DNA of 64,000 nucleotides from the NCBI GenBank assembly GCA_965285935.1, contig OZ260666.1, positions 3,162,001 through 3,226,000 of the forward strand, in the 5' to 3' direction. The position numbers and the translations under genes are program-made. Under the pieces are notes generated by a model. It worked only from the letters and a program-made list of their open reading frames with translations. It did not search any database and was not told where the DNA came from. Source of the stretch: Ophelia neglecta (Eukaryota). Positions 34,897 through 49,114 of this stretch are shown piece by piece (within the stretch, counting starts at the first letter, position 1; the number at the start of each line of letters is the position of its first letter).

Positions 34897-37800
34897 GTTT
34901 ATACAGCCAAGCAATGTGAGAAATGATGAAACTTGGCAAACATTTCATCAAGGTCAAATGTCAAGTTCACAGTTTTCTGTGCAAATAATTTTAAGTTTAG
35001 ATTGATTGTTCATATTTTTTCTGCGATGAATTAAAACAATGAATGACATGAAATGATTTGACTAGACTAGGCTTGGGTGGGCTGGGGTAAGATGGGCTGG
35101 AAGGTCCTATGTTGTTAATTTGTGTCTTGATTAACTTAGCCCTGCAATGCTGGATACCTAATCTATATTCCGCATCACTCACGTCAACTCAACCAAAATA
35201 TGAATTTAAAGGCAGACTTTATGAACTCTGTAGGATTATCTCCTCATGTTCCCGGCCACCGTTCGCTTCTCGACCCTCTGAGGTACCTGTATGCTAAAGT
35301 GGATAGGAGCCGGAAGAAAAAAAATAGACCCGTTCGGGGAAGAGAACCAAGCACAGCGGGGACAAGGATGGATAATGGGATCAGGGACTTAGGGTCGGAC
35401 CGGGGACTTCGGGGATTGGTCCACGAGCGGCAGGAGATAGTGTGAACACACTAGTGTGACATGAACTTAGCAAACGCAGGAAAAATTATAATCAACCTGA
35501 AAATATACCACTGAAAATGTTTTATGGTGAATAGAATATATAAACATTCCACCGGCTTCCTGTTAAGTTACGGGGGGTTCGATAACTTCGGAGAATGTGT
35601 ATAAAAAAAGAGCTAGGCTATGAAATGTAGGAACTTTGGGTTGCGTCCCAGCAATTTAAATAAGCTAGGAGAGAGGGCGCAAAGTTAACACACACAAACA
35701 CACACTTAGCTTACATAAAGTGATATATTATTTCGCAGCTATAAAATCAAGAAGAAAGGTAACATATGAATCTAAAATTTTACTTTCACATTTAATGATT
35801 AAAGCTTTATACCATTTATCCCAACAAATAGAAATACGCAACTTTATTGAGTCAGAAAAGCTATCATAGAGTTTGTTAATTAAGAGAAATGTGAGGCAGA
35901 GGCTAGACGCGCTCGGACAGTAACCAAACTTTTCGTGGCCAAAGGTTTGACATTCAATGACCCTCTGATTTCAACATAAGTAAATTTCTTTTTTACATCG
36001 AATGATTTCCTAATTGTTCTTTGCAATGTAGTTTATTTGACACCGCTTAGAAAGTATTTAATGTATTATTAAAACTACTAAATGTATGAATCTAAATATA
36101 AGACCATTCATGCCATTTTTTTGTCAAAAATAAAAGCCGTGCATAGTTGTTGAATCCAAGATGTACAACAAATATTATATTTTTATCTTACAAGCATATT
36201 TATTCGTTACAAGTGTTAAATAATGACTTACATTGTATATACGATTTGCAAAGGCTTTAGAAATCCCATTTTCTCTAGGTGTTGGCTCCTCATGTAATAA
36301 AATGTAGAAAGTATTAGAATTGTCCCCCCCCCCCCCCCCCCCCGATTTAATTGAGGGAATCTTAAGGACGTTGTTCGACATGTTTTGTATCTGTAATTTA
36401 AAGACACATTTTAAGAACCCTATTGGCCTATTTTTTGCCTAGGCAGAACCTTGACCGGTTACAACGAAACAAAATGGTCCAGTAGTACAGGGGTCCTGAA
36501 AATTCCTTCACTTTCGTCCCTGAATAATGCTAGAGTAGTATTCTCTGGAAAGAAGGTCTGCGTAGTGTAAGTAGTACGGTAAATTGCCTTGAGTTGCCAA
36601 TTTTCGGGAATTTCGTAGTTCGCGAAGATTTCCTTGTTTGCCGTAGTTGTCATTGCTATTAATGGGTCCCTCAAATATTGACGCTCGCAGGTAGCGCTGG
36701 TTGAAAACACATACTGCGCACTTACGCCGGGGTGGTGATATATTTAAAAGTGCCATACATTCAGGTAAACCCCTACTTGCCAAACACTTCATGGGTTTGC
36801 TGCGCAATAAAGCCACTTTTAAAAGATGTTCGTTAGAAGTTTAATATCACCAAATATCTTGCTGCACACACAAGGAAATAACAGAGGTCCATAAAGCCGG
36901 TCACACTATTAAGATTATACATTTAAGGTTGTACATGGAAAGCACCAAAAACTTGTTAGCTATCAACCTACTCGTACTTTATAAATTATAGTTACTGTCA
37001 ATTGAAGCCTTAACACCATATTTTATGGCACTCTTAACCTTTATCCTCTGAGCGGCTCTACACTGGATCAATTTTATAATAATTATATCGCATTAGATTC
37101 GGGACAGGCAGATGGTAGAAAAAGCCAATAATGCTTTGTTTCTAAACTGATATAATTGTAATTTCTATGCAAAAATACTGGTACCGTGGTTGCTGAAAGG
37201 GGTGGGGTAGGGGAAGGGAGGACCTCTCCCTTGATTGTAGCTTGATATAGAGTGCAGGCGGATGTGAGGGGTAGGTTAGGGAAAGTGAGGACCCCGTCTT
37301 CACTGTAGTTTGATATAGGGCCCAGGAGGAGGTAAATAGGGGGAAGGAAGGATCCCCAACCACCACCCACCCCCTAACCCCCCCCCCCCCCCCCCCGCCT
37401 TCTACAGCAGCACCGATGGGGATTTATTTAGTCATACATACTTAATGTCATCGATACGTTTACATGGCTGAATATCATAAATCAACATAAGCAGATGTCA
37501 GGACTTGCGCAAACACTTTAGTTTGAACGAGGCGCAAGTGAATCTGTATATAGCTATTAAATTAAGGTGCATTGCACTTTATATGATAAGCAAAAGTCTT
37601 TACCCGGAATATTGATTTTTAGCGTTCATATCACTTATCTAGGCGGTGGTTGAAACAACAGTATCGGCGCTTTACATGTTCATGCCTAAATGGAGTACTA
37701 TGTGTATATTCCACGGCTGCAATACTCATTATTGTAATTAATTATTCCTTCATTAGACTATAAACCTGATACAAGCCGACGAGATATGTAAACATAAGGT

Positions 37801-39982
37801 AAGTTGTGTATAGACAGGCTTATAGGGGGATGTTAAGCTAATAACTACCACGTCATCATTAACCCTTACCCATATCACAAAGTATTTCTTATAGCTACGC
37901 TTTAAATGCCTCGTATCTACTGATCGTGGGGCCCAGTTTTGTATTAGGTTTTTCAGTATGCAGGTTCTTCTGCTTCCCTAAATCATGTGTATGGGTGAGC
38001 TGGGTAGACCTAGCTGTGTCTGAAATTCATTATCATAGAAGCTTTACTTTTTTCCTATATGCGTGAGATGGTGTTGGCAAGGGACTTTGAATATTTTAGC
38101 ATCATATTGCATACACTACATTGGTATTTTATCTTTGTCTACCTGTGTGTAAAATTATAGTATAGACCGAACTGCAGTATTATGTGACATTAACTATTTT
38201 CACTTTATTAAGTACATGTCAAGTCGGGTTCAAGCACACATTGAATGACGTAATCTTGACACAGTTATATAGCTTTCACTATTCCCATTGTAGGCCCGTA
38301 TATTACCTTGAAAACATGTACGCAAACAGCATAAACTGTACCGTGCACTTATAGCAAGCGCTGTGTGCTTCACATTTAGTGTTTACCCTTCTTTTCCCCT
38401 CTTCCCTTTATTCGTCCCTTGCTACCTTTCCTGCGTAAGACTTCTCACTACAATCCCTGCCTTCGATTGCAATCCACTCAATCTGCGTTCTATTTCAATC
38501 TATCTGCCCTGTGTTTTGTCTACTCTATAACTCCTAACGGCATCAGCACCCCATGCACAATCTACACCCTATCTACCCTGCCCTCTCAATCTAACTACAC
38601 TGCATTGCATCTCAGTGTACCTGCCATGTGCCCTAGCTCAATTTTCCAACTACCTACATTTTGGTTAAATCGAATTCTTTGCATCCAGTGACATCTCATA
38701 TTTTACCTTAATTCAATTGGCCCTCCATGCTCTACACGCACCCTGACATAAGTGTACTTTCTATCGTGCAAACGATATGTATTTAAAATGGTTTAAATCT
38801 TGAACACAATAGATAATTGCATAATTTTACGATGAAGAAATTGTGACTTTTCCGTTCAACTGAATAATGGTTTGCAACGGGGTTTAAACCCTGAAATTGC
38901 TTTTTACTTTTGATGTTGGAAGTTGACAAGTTCAAAAATCCAATTAACGTAATACCTGAACAATTCAAGAAAACAAAGAAAGGAAAACTTTGAAGAAGTC
39001 CTTAATAGCTAACAAATAAGTTCGTGGCCATATCATCAATATTCTATGGCCGTCGGTGGTAAAATCATGGAACCGTGTAAGTGAGTGGAGTTTGCAGTTG
39101 TTTATTCAAGGTGCAACATTTAGCAATCTAGAACTATCTAAAAAGTTGGTTACCTGTTTGAGTTGTCAAGCTCACATTTCAACCCATACATGTATCTTCC
39201 ATTGCTTTGTTTCTTTCATTTAATCTCGAAAAAATATCACGCTGGGTTAATCAGTACTATCAGGGCCATCTAGGGCCAAATGAGATGTGCATCAAAGAAT
39301 TTAGCTCTTATATAAATATACTAAACTAAGTGATTTGTGATTAAGAACCCTCCCCCTAAATATGAATGCTAATGGTATAGATGTTACCGTTATTTCTCAT
39401 AATACAATTGTTAAAAAATTGCTAAGCAGTTTAAGAAATCTGTAAGTCTGAAAGTCTTACATTTAGGCCTTTTTTATCTACTCTGTCCAGAAAAGGATTA
39501 TTTAGCACGCTGTGAAGCCGACTCCTCTTATATAACATCAGCTACATTAGATTTCATATACATACTATTTATGCTATATACTAAAATAGTACTTATTGAA
39601 TTACAGGTACACCTTGACACCTGTGGATTGTACGAATCTTAGAGTTTGCTGCATATTAGCAATCATAAATTGATAAAACTAGTTGCATGTACAAGTAAAC
39701 TCCTAGAATGAAAATTCCGTGTACTAATAGTTATACGGCCTTTTGGGGACTGAATAAATATTTATTTTGGGATTTCAGGCCTTCAGCTTTTTACGGTTCT
39801 AGCTATGTTATTTAATAAGATGAACTTATTCATGATCAGAGAGTCTGTTTAACCTTACTAATATTCTAATATTCCCGTTTTAACATGTACTTCTTTGGGT
39901 TATTTCACAGGAGGAGAACAACAGGGACCGCAGCTGCATTAGTCGAGGGATGTGTGTTCAATTTACTAACTAAAAACAAATA

Positions 39983-42900
39983 ATGACATATAATATATCA
40001 AAGACACCGGTGATCCCCGCAGTCTTATGCTTGTTTATACTGCCACTCCCATATATCGCCGCCTCGTCAAAAAGCGAAGGTAGGTTCACTGTTATCAATT
40101 TTCACTCGTAACATACGAATATTTGTTTCCTGATAAGCCTTGGGGGGGGGGGGGGCAATAATACATAAAACTATATTACTGGAATAAATTCAATACAAAA
40201 CAAATGTGTTGGCTTATCCTACATTGCCTATTTATCCCTTAGGGTGATTAGGCAAAAAGAAAATCACAACGATTTTGGCTTTCACTGTCTAACATTCCGT
40301 TTGCTGGCACAATGCGCAGGTCATCCCTGACTACAGATAACCGACAGATCCAGTGGACGTTCTCTTTTTAATATAACGCTGTGCGGTGCAATTGTTTCCT
40401 TTTGATCCTCATTCTTAACATGTTCATGGTCTATTTAAATTTCCAGTATGGCTCCAGCGTCCCGGCCAAGTGTACGCTTGTGTTGGGTACACTGCCAAAC
40501 TACTCTGGAACTACAACCACAGCTTGGGAGAGTTTGATTCAGTATACTTTCACAAGATTCGCCCAGATTGGAGGTTCCTGGGTGGTAAGAACAAGAACGG
40601 CGCGCTATTGGTTGATATGCCTAGGGCTAACCTGGTTGAAGGGAGCACTTATGGGCTGTCGTTGACGGGAATAGTGATGGAAGACAGCGGAATATATGAA
40701 ATAGAAGTTTACCTGCAGCGCCCTTCCAAGGTGATTCACAACCAAGCAGAACTAATCGTGCTTATCCCATCAGGTACAGCCAAAATTTAAAATTTCGTAA
40801 CGGCTTACAAACTTAACACGATCAGGTTATTATTATTGTTGTATATGTAGATATAAACATGCACTGTACATATGCCTTTGTGTCTTTCAGCATGCCCCGA
40901 TCGACACCGATTTCAGCAGCCAGTCATCACAATAAGAGAGGCAATAGGCGGGTCGGGCAATGTAATACACATATATAATAACACACTGGAGGTGTCCCGG
41001 CCAGTGAATGTCAGCCTCATTGTTGCCATACCAACAGCCGACTCGCCTGTTACATGTACTATAACCCTGGAGGGAGTCCACATCCATACCTGCCAAGGGG
41101 GGTCAGACAATGTGGTTGAATGCGAGAAGAAATTCGCTCTAGGTCAAGGTCAACATCAGATAATAACCCTAAACCTGACCTTCATAGCCTACGAACCCAG
41201 CATTACAACACTCCATGTGTACACCAAACCAGGTATGCGGTCTTCATTGAAGATAATAATTTTGTTATGACCAAGTCGAGAACTCACCGGGTCACCCATG
41301 TTATTATTGACTGGGCGAGTGGCATGATAATCCGACGGCCATCCAATCTCCTTAAAACTACCACACCCTTGTAATATCATCTTGACTATATCAATGATTT
41401 TGCATTGACTGACATACTCTTGCCAATGAGTGAAACAAAGTTAAATGAGTATGCGCGTTCACAATGACCCCTACCTCGGCCTCTTATAGCTTATAGTTCA
41501 GCCTTACCAATGAACGAAGCCTATCACACAGCATTATTAAGCGCAATATGAGTATGAGGATAGGGTATTAAAACCAATCAAGATCAAAGGTTTTACCAAC
41601 TATAGAGATATGTCTATGGGCAAGATAGAATTTGAGTCTAACCATGATATTGTTATGTCCATTAACGATCACAAGGTGTCAAATCAAGCCATAATTAAAC
41701 ATTCATTTTAAATAGTCCGCTATTTGTTGGCATATGCGGCTTTTAATACAAGCTAGGCTTTTGCCCGGCATGTTTTGTTATTTTTTTCGCATCTTTTAAA
41801 ATAACCTATTTTTTATAATCACATGTCAGTCGCCCCAGATGGCCCTAGATATGACCAAGCGTCAACACAACACCTGGATACGGATTCCTCAGTATCAACA
41901 CCCACCACGGTGCTCTTATGGTCTAGCACTGTGACCCAGCAAGAGAATACTACTTCAGCCAACGAGACAGCTTATTGGTTGCACACCAGAGGGCGCAGTA
42001 TGACGACAGGGGAGGTGTCAGTTATCGCGATCTGTGCCATAGCGCCCCTTTCAATTCTGGGTGTGACCGTAGTTATGTACGTTATATGGAATCGTCACAG
42101 AACGGAAAAAGGACATCAGTCTAAGGTAATTTTGCCTCCACTAGCGCAATAGTTAAGTTTGAGTTTCACAGCTGTGGCTTTATTTGCAGTCACGCTAATA
42201 AAACATAACATGAAAATTCCAAGTATTTTTAAATCAAACGTCCGCTTTTATTTTTCGGTTATCAAACTGATTTTCAATCACTGGTCTAACCAAAACTAGT
42301 CAGCATCTACTTTTTCCATAAATAACATAAATACTGTGACCTAGTCCTAGGTGAGAAGTGTTAACGACCTGTCCGATCGTTAACAAAGAGCAGACACAAT
42401 AAGTTTATCGCTATGGGCAGTCATTTTGAAGTTGTCTTGTTTACTGTAAACCAAGAAATATTCACTAACAGGAAAACTTTCCTGATCAGATTTCACCATA
42501 TATTGCTTACATGCAATTTTGTGACTGAATAATTCTAAGTAGTGACTTCCTGTGAAACAAGCTACAGAAGGAGATAGCAAAGAGGCAACTTCCACGAGCA
42601 GGAAATATTTGTTATGATCGCGAAATTTTTATGGTCGCGATATTTTTGTGATTTTAAAAACCCCCATAGCACGAAACATGGACCATGAAAGTACCATCTT
42701 AGACACTTTATGTGATATTGGACATCCTTTATCCGTTTAAACTTAATGCAATTATATTTCAGCAGGACGCCGATTATGGAGATGGGGTAAATTGTCGACA
42801 CCCAGATAAAAACGCCCTATCTATGTCTACTACTGAAACTACTGAGGAGCCTGGCAGCCCACCACAAGCCCCGCCACGTCACTCGGCTCGAACAAACACG

Positions 42901-45900
42901 TCTGAGAGAAATCCGCCTGACGTCAACGTAACAAATGACAGTATACAACCAGCCCACTTGTCTTGTGACAACGAGACACCACCGACAGTCCCAGTTCTCA
43001 GCAACGATACCCCTGAACAATCAAATGTAGAAATAGACAGGGAAACCCCTGACTTATTAGTGAGTAATTCATTTTTAAATATTCAACCAATAAACAGATT
43101 AATTGTAGTTGCTAGCGAACACATGCAATACTTCAATTAACTTCTCGTGGTAACGTGTGCATTAACAATATTGGGATGCGATGTTGGTGTAATGGTGGGA
43201 CGATAAACAAAGAGCAGACACAATAAGTTTATCGCAATGGCCAGTCATTTTGAAGTTGTCTCGTTTACTGTAAACCAAGAAATATTCACTAACAGGAAAA
43301 CTTTCCTGATCAGATTTCACCATATATCGCTTAAATGCAATTTTGTGACTGAATAATTCTAAGTAGTGAATTCCTGTGAAACATAAGGTACAGAAGGAGA
43401 AAGCAATGAGGCAACTTCCACGAGCAGGTAATATTTGTTATGATCGCAAAATTTACATGGTCGCGATAATTTTGTGATTTTTCAATCACTGGTCTAACCA
43501 AAACTAGTCAGCATCTACTTTTTCCATAAATAACATAAATACTGTGACCTAGTCCTAGGTGAGAAGTGTTAACGACCTGTCCGATCGTAAACAAAGAGCA
43601 GACACAATAAGTTTATCGCTATGGGCAGTCATTTTGAAGTTGTCTTGTTTACTGTTAACCAAGAAATATTCACTAACAGGAAAACTTTCCTGATCAGATT
43701 TCACCATATATTGCTTACATGCAATTTGGGACTGAATAATTCTAAGTAGTGACTTCCTGTGAAACAAGCTACAGAAGGAGATAGCAAAGAGGCAACTTCC
43801 ACGAGCAGGAAATATTTGTTATGATCGCGAAATTTTCATGGTCGCGATATTTTTGTGATTTAAAAAACCCCCATAGCACGAAACATGGACAATGAAAGTA
43901 CCATCTTAGACAGTTTATGTGATATTGGACATCCTTTATCCGTTTAAACTTAATGCAATTATATTTCAGCAGGACGCCGATTATGGAGATGGGGTAAATT
44001 GTCGACACCCAGATAAAAACGCCCTATCTATGTCTACTACTGAAACTACTGAAGAGCCTGGCAGCCCACCACATGCCCCGCCACGTCACTCGCCTCGAAC
44101 AAACACGTCTGAGAGAAATCCGCCTGAGGTCAACGTAACAAATGACAGTATACAACCAGCCCACTTGTCTTGTGACAACGAGACACCACCGACAGTCCCA
44201 CTTCTCAGCAACGATACCACTGAACAATCGAATGTAGAAATAGACAGGGAAACCCCTGACTTATTAGTGAGAAATTCATTTTTAAATATTCAACCAATAA
44301 ACAGATTAATTGTAGTTGCTAGCGAACACATGCATTACTTCATTTAACTTCTCGTGGTAACGTGTGCATTAACAATATTGGGATGCGATGTTGGTGTAAT
44401 GGTGGGACGATAAACAAAGAGCAGACACAATAAGTTTATCGCTATGGGCAGTCATTTTGAAGTTGTCTCGTTTACTGTAAACCAAGAAATATTCACTAAC
44501 TGGACAACTTTCCTGATCAGATTTCACCATATATCGCTTACATGCAATTTTGTGACTGAATAATTCTAAGTAGTGACTTCCTGTGAAACATAAGCTACAG
44601 AAGGAGAAAGCAATAAGGCAACTTCCACGAGCAGGAAATATTTGTTATGATCGCAAAATTTACATGGTCGCGATAGTTTTGTGATTTTAAAAATGCCCAT
44701 AGCACGAAACGTGGACCATGAAAGTACCATCTTAGATAGTTTATGTGATATTGGACATCCTTTATCCCTTTAAACTTAATGCAATTATATTTCAGCAAGA
44801 CGCCGATTATGGAGATGGGGTAAATTGTCGACACCCAGATAAAAACGCCCTATCTATGTCTACTACTGAAACTACTGAGGAGCCTGGCAGCCCACCACAA
44901 GCCCCGCCACGTCACTCGGCTCGAACAAACACGTCTGAGAGAAATCCGCTTGAAGTCAACGTAGCAAGTGACAGAATACAGCCAGCCCACTTGTCTTATG
45001 AAAACGAGACACCACCGACAGTCCCACTTCTCAGCAACGATACCCCTGAACAATCAAATGTAGAAATAGACAGGGAAACCCCTGACTTATTAGTGAGTAA
45101 TTCATTTTTAAATATTCAACCAATAAACAGATTAATTGTAGTTGCTAGCGAACACATGCATTACTTCATTTAACTTCTCGTGGTAACGTGTGCATTAACA
45201 ATATTGGGATGCGATGTTGGTGTAATGGTGGGACGATAAACAAAGAGCAGACACAATAAGTTTATCGCTATGGGCAGTCATTTTGAAGTTGTCTCGTTTA
45301 CTGTAAACCAAGAAATATTCATTAACAGGAAAACTTTCCTGATTAGATTTCACCATATATCGCTTACATGCAATTTTGTGACTGAATAATTCTAAGTAGT
45401 GACTTCCTGTGAAACATAAGCTACAGAAGGAGATAGCAAAGAGGCAACTTCCACGAGCAGGAAATATTTGTTATGATTGCAAAATTTTCATGGTCGCGAT
45501 ATTTTTATGATTTTAAAAACGCCCATAGCACGAAACATGGACCATGAAAGTACCATCTTAGACATTTTATGTGATATTGGACATCCTTTATCCGTTTAAA
45601 CTTAATGCAATTATATTTCAGCAGGACGCCGATGATGGACAAGGGGTAAATTGTCGACACCCAGATGAGGACGTCATATCTATGTCTACTACTGAAGAGC
45701 CTGGCAGCCCACCACATGCCCGGCCACGTCACTCGGCTCGAACAAACACGTCTGAGAGAAATCCGCCTGAGGTCAACGTAACAAAAGACAGTATACAACC
45801 AGCCCACTTGTCTTGTGACAACGAGACACCACCGACAGTCCCACTTCTCAGCAACGATACCCCGGAACAATCAAACGTAGAAATAGACAGGGAAACCCCT

Positions 45901-48060
45901 GACTTGTTAGTGAGTAATTCATTTTTAAATATTCAATCAATAAACAGATTAATTGTAGTTGCTAGCGAACACATGCATTACTTCATTTAACTTCTCGTGG
46001 TAACGCGTGCATTAACAATATTGGGATGCGATATTGGTGTAATGGTGGGACGATGAACGAACAGCTGCATAGAATTTGGAAAAATGTCTTGGATGAAAAT
46101 TAATAATTACTAAATTAAGAATAAAGAATGTATCGGCAGGACGCTGCCAGCTGACCAACACATTAAATTCAAACAAAAGACTAGTATAAAAGGTGCAGGC
46201 AACACCAGAGCTCGTGTTATGGTTATGAAAAACGAACGTAAGCGTGAAATTCCACCATTCTTTCGGTCCCTGATAAATATAACGTATTAGAATGCATCTA
46301 AAAAAAGTTAGCAAGACAAATGTGAAGCCAGCCCTTTAACAACAAAGTGAGCACCATTAAGATGCAACTACAGTAAGTGAACCAATTTGACAAATGTAGA
46401 AGATATTGAGCACCTTTCCTTTCGATATTGAGGGACACCTGTTTGGCGGGACAGTACCATAAACATCGTCAGGAGTTTATGCACTGTTGTTAAACCCTGC
46501 GTGTCTATATTAGATCAAAAGGTCATAATTATTATTGAGTCTGTCTATTTTCTACAGGTAAAAGAATTTGCAAGACAACCAGAACATGGTATAGGCGAAC
46601 AACACCCAACAGAAACGACAACTCCTTCCAATTCCAGCCTGAAAGATTATCCGTCCCTGTTTGATTCCCTGTCAAAAGGTCATCTGACTCCAACAGATAC
46701 CGTAACGGGACTGATACAGCAGAAGTCCTTGCCAGAACATTCTTCGTACGGGTCAGATACAGAGGCAGGGGATCATCCGTCCCAATTAGATAACGAACTG
46801 GGAAAAGGAAGTGCGCTCCATTTAGGTTCAGAGTCAGGAAGTCACACGTCTCAGCCATCTTGTTTGCCTCCGTCGAGTTCCGCATCAGAAGGCCGTTCGT
46901 CCCATTTGAAATCCTTGAAGGGGGGTCGAACATATCTGTCAAATTCCGTGCGAGGAGAATGTACATCTCAGCCGGCTTTAAGACAAGAAGATCGCCCGAA
47001 CAAGCCAGTTTCTAGGCAAAAACTTCGTCCGGAAGATCGTCCGTCACAGTCAGATTCAGGAAATGGAGATCATCAGTCACTGACGGGGTCAGGATCAGGG
47101 GATCGTCCGTCACAGCCAGGGTCAGTAGCAGGGGACCGTGCGTCACAGCCAGGTTTGGGACCAGGGAACCGTGCATCACAAACATGTTTAGGACCAAAAG
47201 ATCGTTCGTTCAATCCAAGTTCAGTGGCAGAATATCGTCAGACAAAACCAGCTACAAGCCAACGAGTCGCGACACACCTAGGGTCAGCAACAGGAGACTG
47301 TCCGTCACCAACAGGGTCAGGATTAGGCGATAATCAGTCACGGGAAGGTTTCAGACAGGGAGAGCTTGCGCCACAGCCAGGGTTAGAACAAGGAGATTGC
47401 CCGTCACAGACAGGATCAAGCCCAGGGGATGCAACGTCACAGCCAGGTTCAGGACCAGGAGATCATGCTTCACAGCCTGGGTCAGCACAAGGAGATACTT
47501 CGTCAAAACAAGGTCCGAGATTAGGAAATCAATCCTCACAGCCAGGTTTAGGAACAGGAAATCGTTCGTCACAGCCAGAGTCAGGGCTATACGTCTGTCC
47601 TTCAGAGACAAGCGCAGGACCAGGAGAGAATCCTGTGTCAAGGTCAGGTTTAGAACAAAAAACTAGTCCGCCACAGCAACCGTCAGGACTAGAAGATCTT
47701 CGCTCCAGGCCGTTTGCAGGACAAGAAGTCCGCCAGCCACAGCCAGTTTCAGGATCAGGCGGCCGTCCGTCTATGTCGGATTCTTATCCCGGAAAGGATC
47801 CATCCCAATCGAAATCCAAATCAGAAGAATGTCCATTTGTACGATCGGTTACTACGAAGGATGCAGCCATGGGCGGCATATTAGCACACCGCATCTCATT
47901 CATTACCAAGAAGCCTCCAGGAGCCCCTAATCAAGATAAGGTTATTGAAATGCTACCACAAGACCCTTCTTCGACTGACACGGATATTCCCACCACTATC
48001 AATACTTCTCCAACAGCCCCAGGTAAAACAGAAGGTTTGTTAACGGTTAGTAAAGAATAA
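39983..48060 (+). CDS. Ig-like type-I membrane protein F (up to ~1247 aa) with a very long repetitive cytoplasmic region
   Basis: Exons: 39983-40079 (signal peptide MTYNISKTPVIPAVLCLFILPLPYIAASSKSE), 40447-40773 (V-like lacking the B/F cysteines: KLLWNY...DSGIYEIEV), 40891-41232 (beta-rich domain), 41830-42125 (S/T stalk and TM VSVIAICAIAPLSILGVTVVMYVIW), four repeat exons 42763-43059, 43970-44266, 44796-45092, 45622-45909, and 46558-48060 (G/S/P/Q 11-aa repeats). Splice phases are compatible throughout. Confidence 0.7.
42270..46055 (+). repeat. Tandem array of ~826-bp exon+intron units (4 exon copies plus one partial intron copy)
   Basis: Exon starts at 42763, 43970, 44796 and 45622 (spacings 1207, 826, 826); the introns are near-identical. 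Confidence 0.95.
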
Positions 48061-48115
48061 GTAAGCTTTAGGGAACAAGACCCTTTGATCACGGACACGA
48101 CCACACAACGCCCAG

Positions 48116-48737
48116 ATGAGCATTAACCCGGGAGATGAACTGAAAGTATTCAACCATGAAGTCTTGTCCCTAGCTCACCTTGCCTGCATACATGGCGAAA
48201 TCCCAGCCATTGGAAAAAAAACTGTAGGAATACAGGTACCGACCTTAACGCTATGGAAACGCTTGGTTACACCCCGCTGGATTTGGCAGCAACCCACGGA
48301 CATTCAAACGTAGTGGAATATCTTATGAAAATAGGAGCTAATGTGGATCTCTCCTCGACAGACGGATTTACTCCATTACACTTGGCGCCGAGTGAAGGTC
48401 ATCAAGAGGTCGTTGATGTGCTTTGTCTGGCGGGAGCTAATCTTTATACAGAAAGTCAAAGATTTACTCCCATCGGAATTGCCTCGGCGAAGGGACACCT
48501 ACAGGCTTAATCAAAAAAGGAGCTGATTTGAATCGTGCTGGTATTGGGGGTAATACCCCTTTACAGCTTGTTACCAAGGAAGGTCTTGGAGAGGTTGTTT
48601 GCCTTTTACACAATTCGGGTGCCGATATGATTAAACTCAACCAGAACAAAAGCTCAGCTTTGGACATCGCTTTAGAAAGGAGTCATAATGACATTTTTGA
48701 ATTTCTCTCTGCCAAGGGGGCTGTTGCAAATGTTTAG
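48116..48737 (+). pseudogene. Frameshifted ankyrin-repeat segment (~6 repeats)
   Basis: LAHLACIHGE, GYTPLDLAATHGHSNVVEYLMKIGANVD, GFTPLHLAPSEGHQEVVDVLCLAGAN, FTPIGIASAKGH, GNTPLQLVTKEG..GAD and SALDIALERSH are split across three ORFs in alternating frames (shifts near 48215-48230 and 48507). Confidence 0.8.
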
Positions 48738-49114
48738 GTTTCATGGAATTTACCGGAGAATCTTTCATGATTATGATCATTAGCACAAATATAATATACC
48801 CAATTAAATTGCTCGAGTACAGATAGACTACATTGACAAAATCTTCAATTAACTAAGAAACTACACCATAGAGAGGACCAGAACTTGCATAGCAGCCTTA
48901 TAAGATCCCCAGGAACATCTAGTGTCCGGACTTGAACGGTAAAAGCTGATAATTTTGACAAATTATTAACGCAAATATTTTTGTATAGGCCTTATAACAT
49001 TCCCAACAAGGTTCCACGTGAGTGACTTTCAAACCTGGCCAGTACATACGCACTACAGACTGACCAGGGCCTATACACGTCCCTATTCACAGCTGAAAAA
49101 TCAATAGTGTAGCT

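Noticed and set aside
42380-45870. Repeated minus-strand ORFs (MSTIYPISII.., MFRGIVAE..)
   Set aside because: Antisense by-products of the 826-bp tandem unit with no protein-like features.
48023-48070. Small intron that would bypass the 48058 stop and fuse F to the ankyrin repeats
   Set aside because: It would be 48 nt or less with a poor pyrimidine tract, and downstream stops and frameshifts remain anyway.
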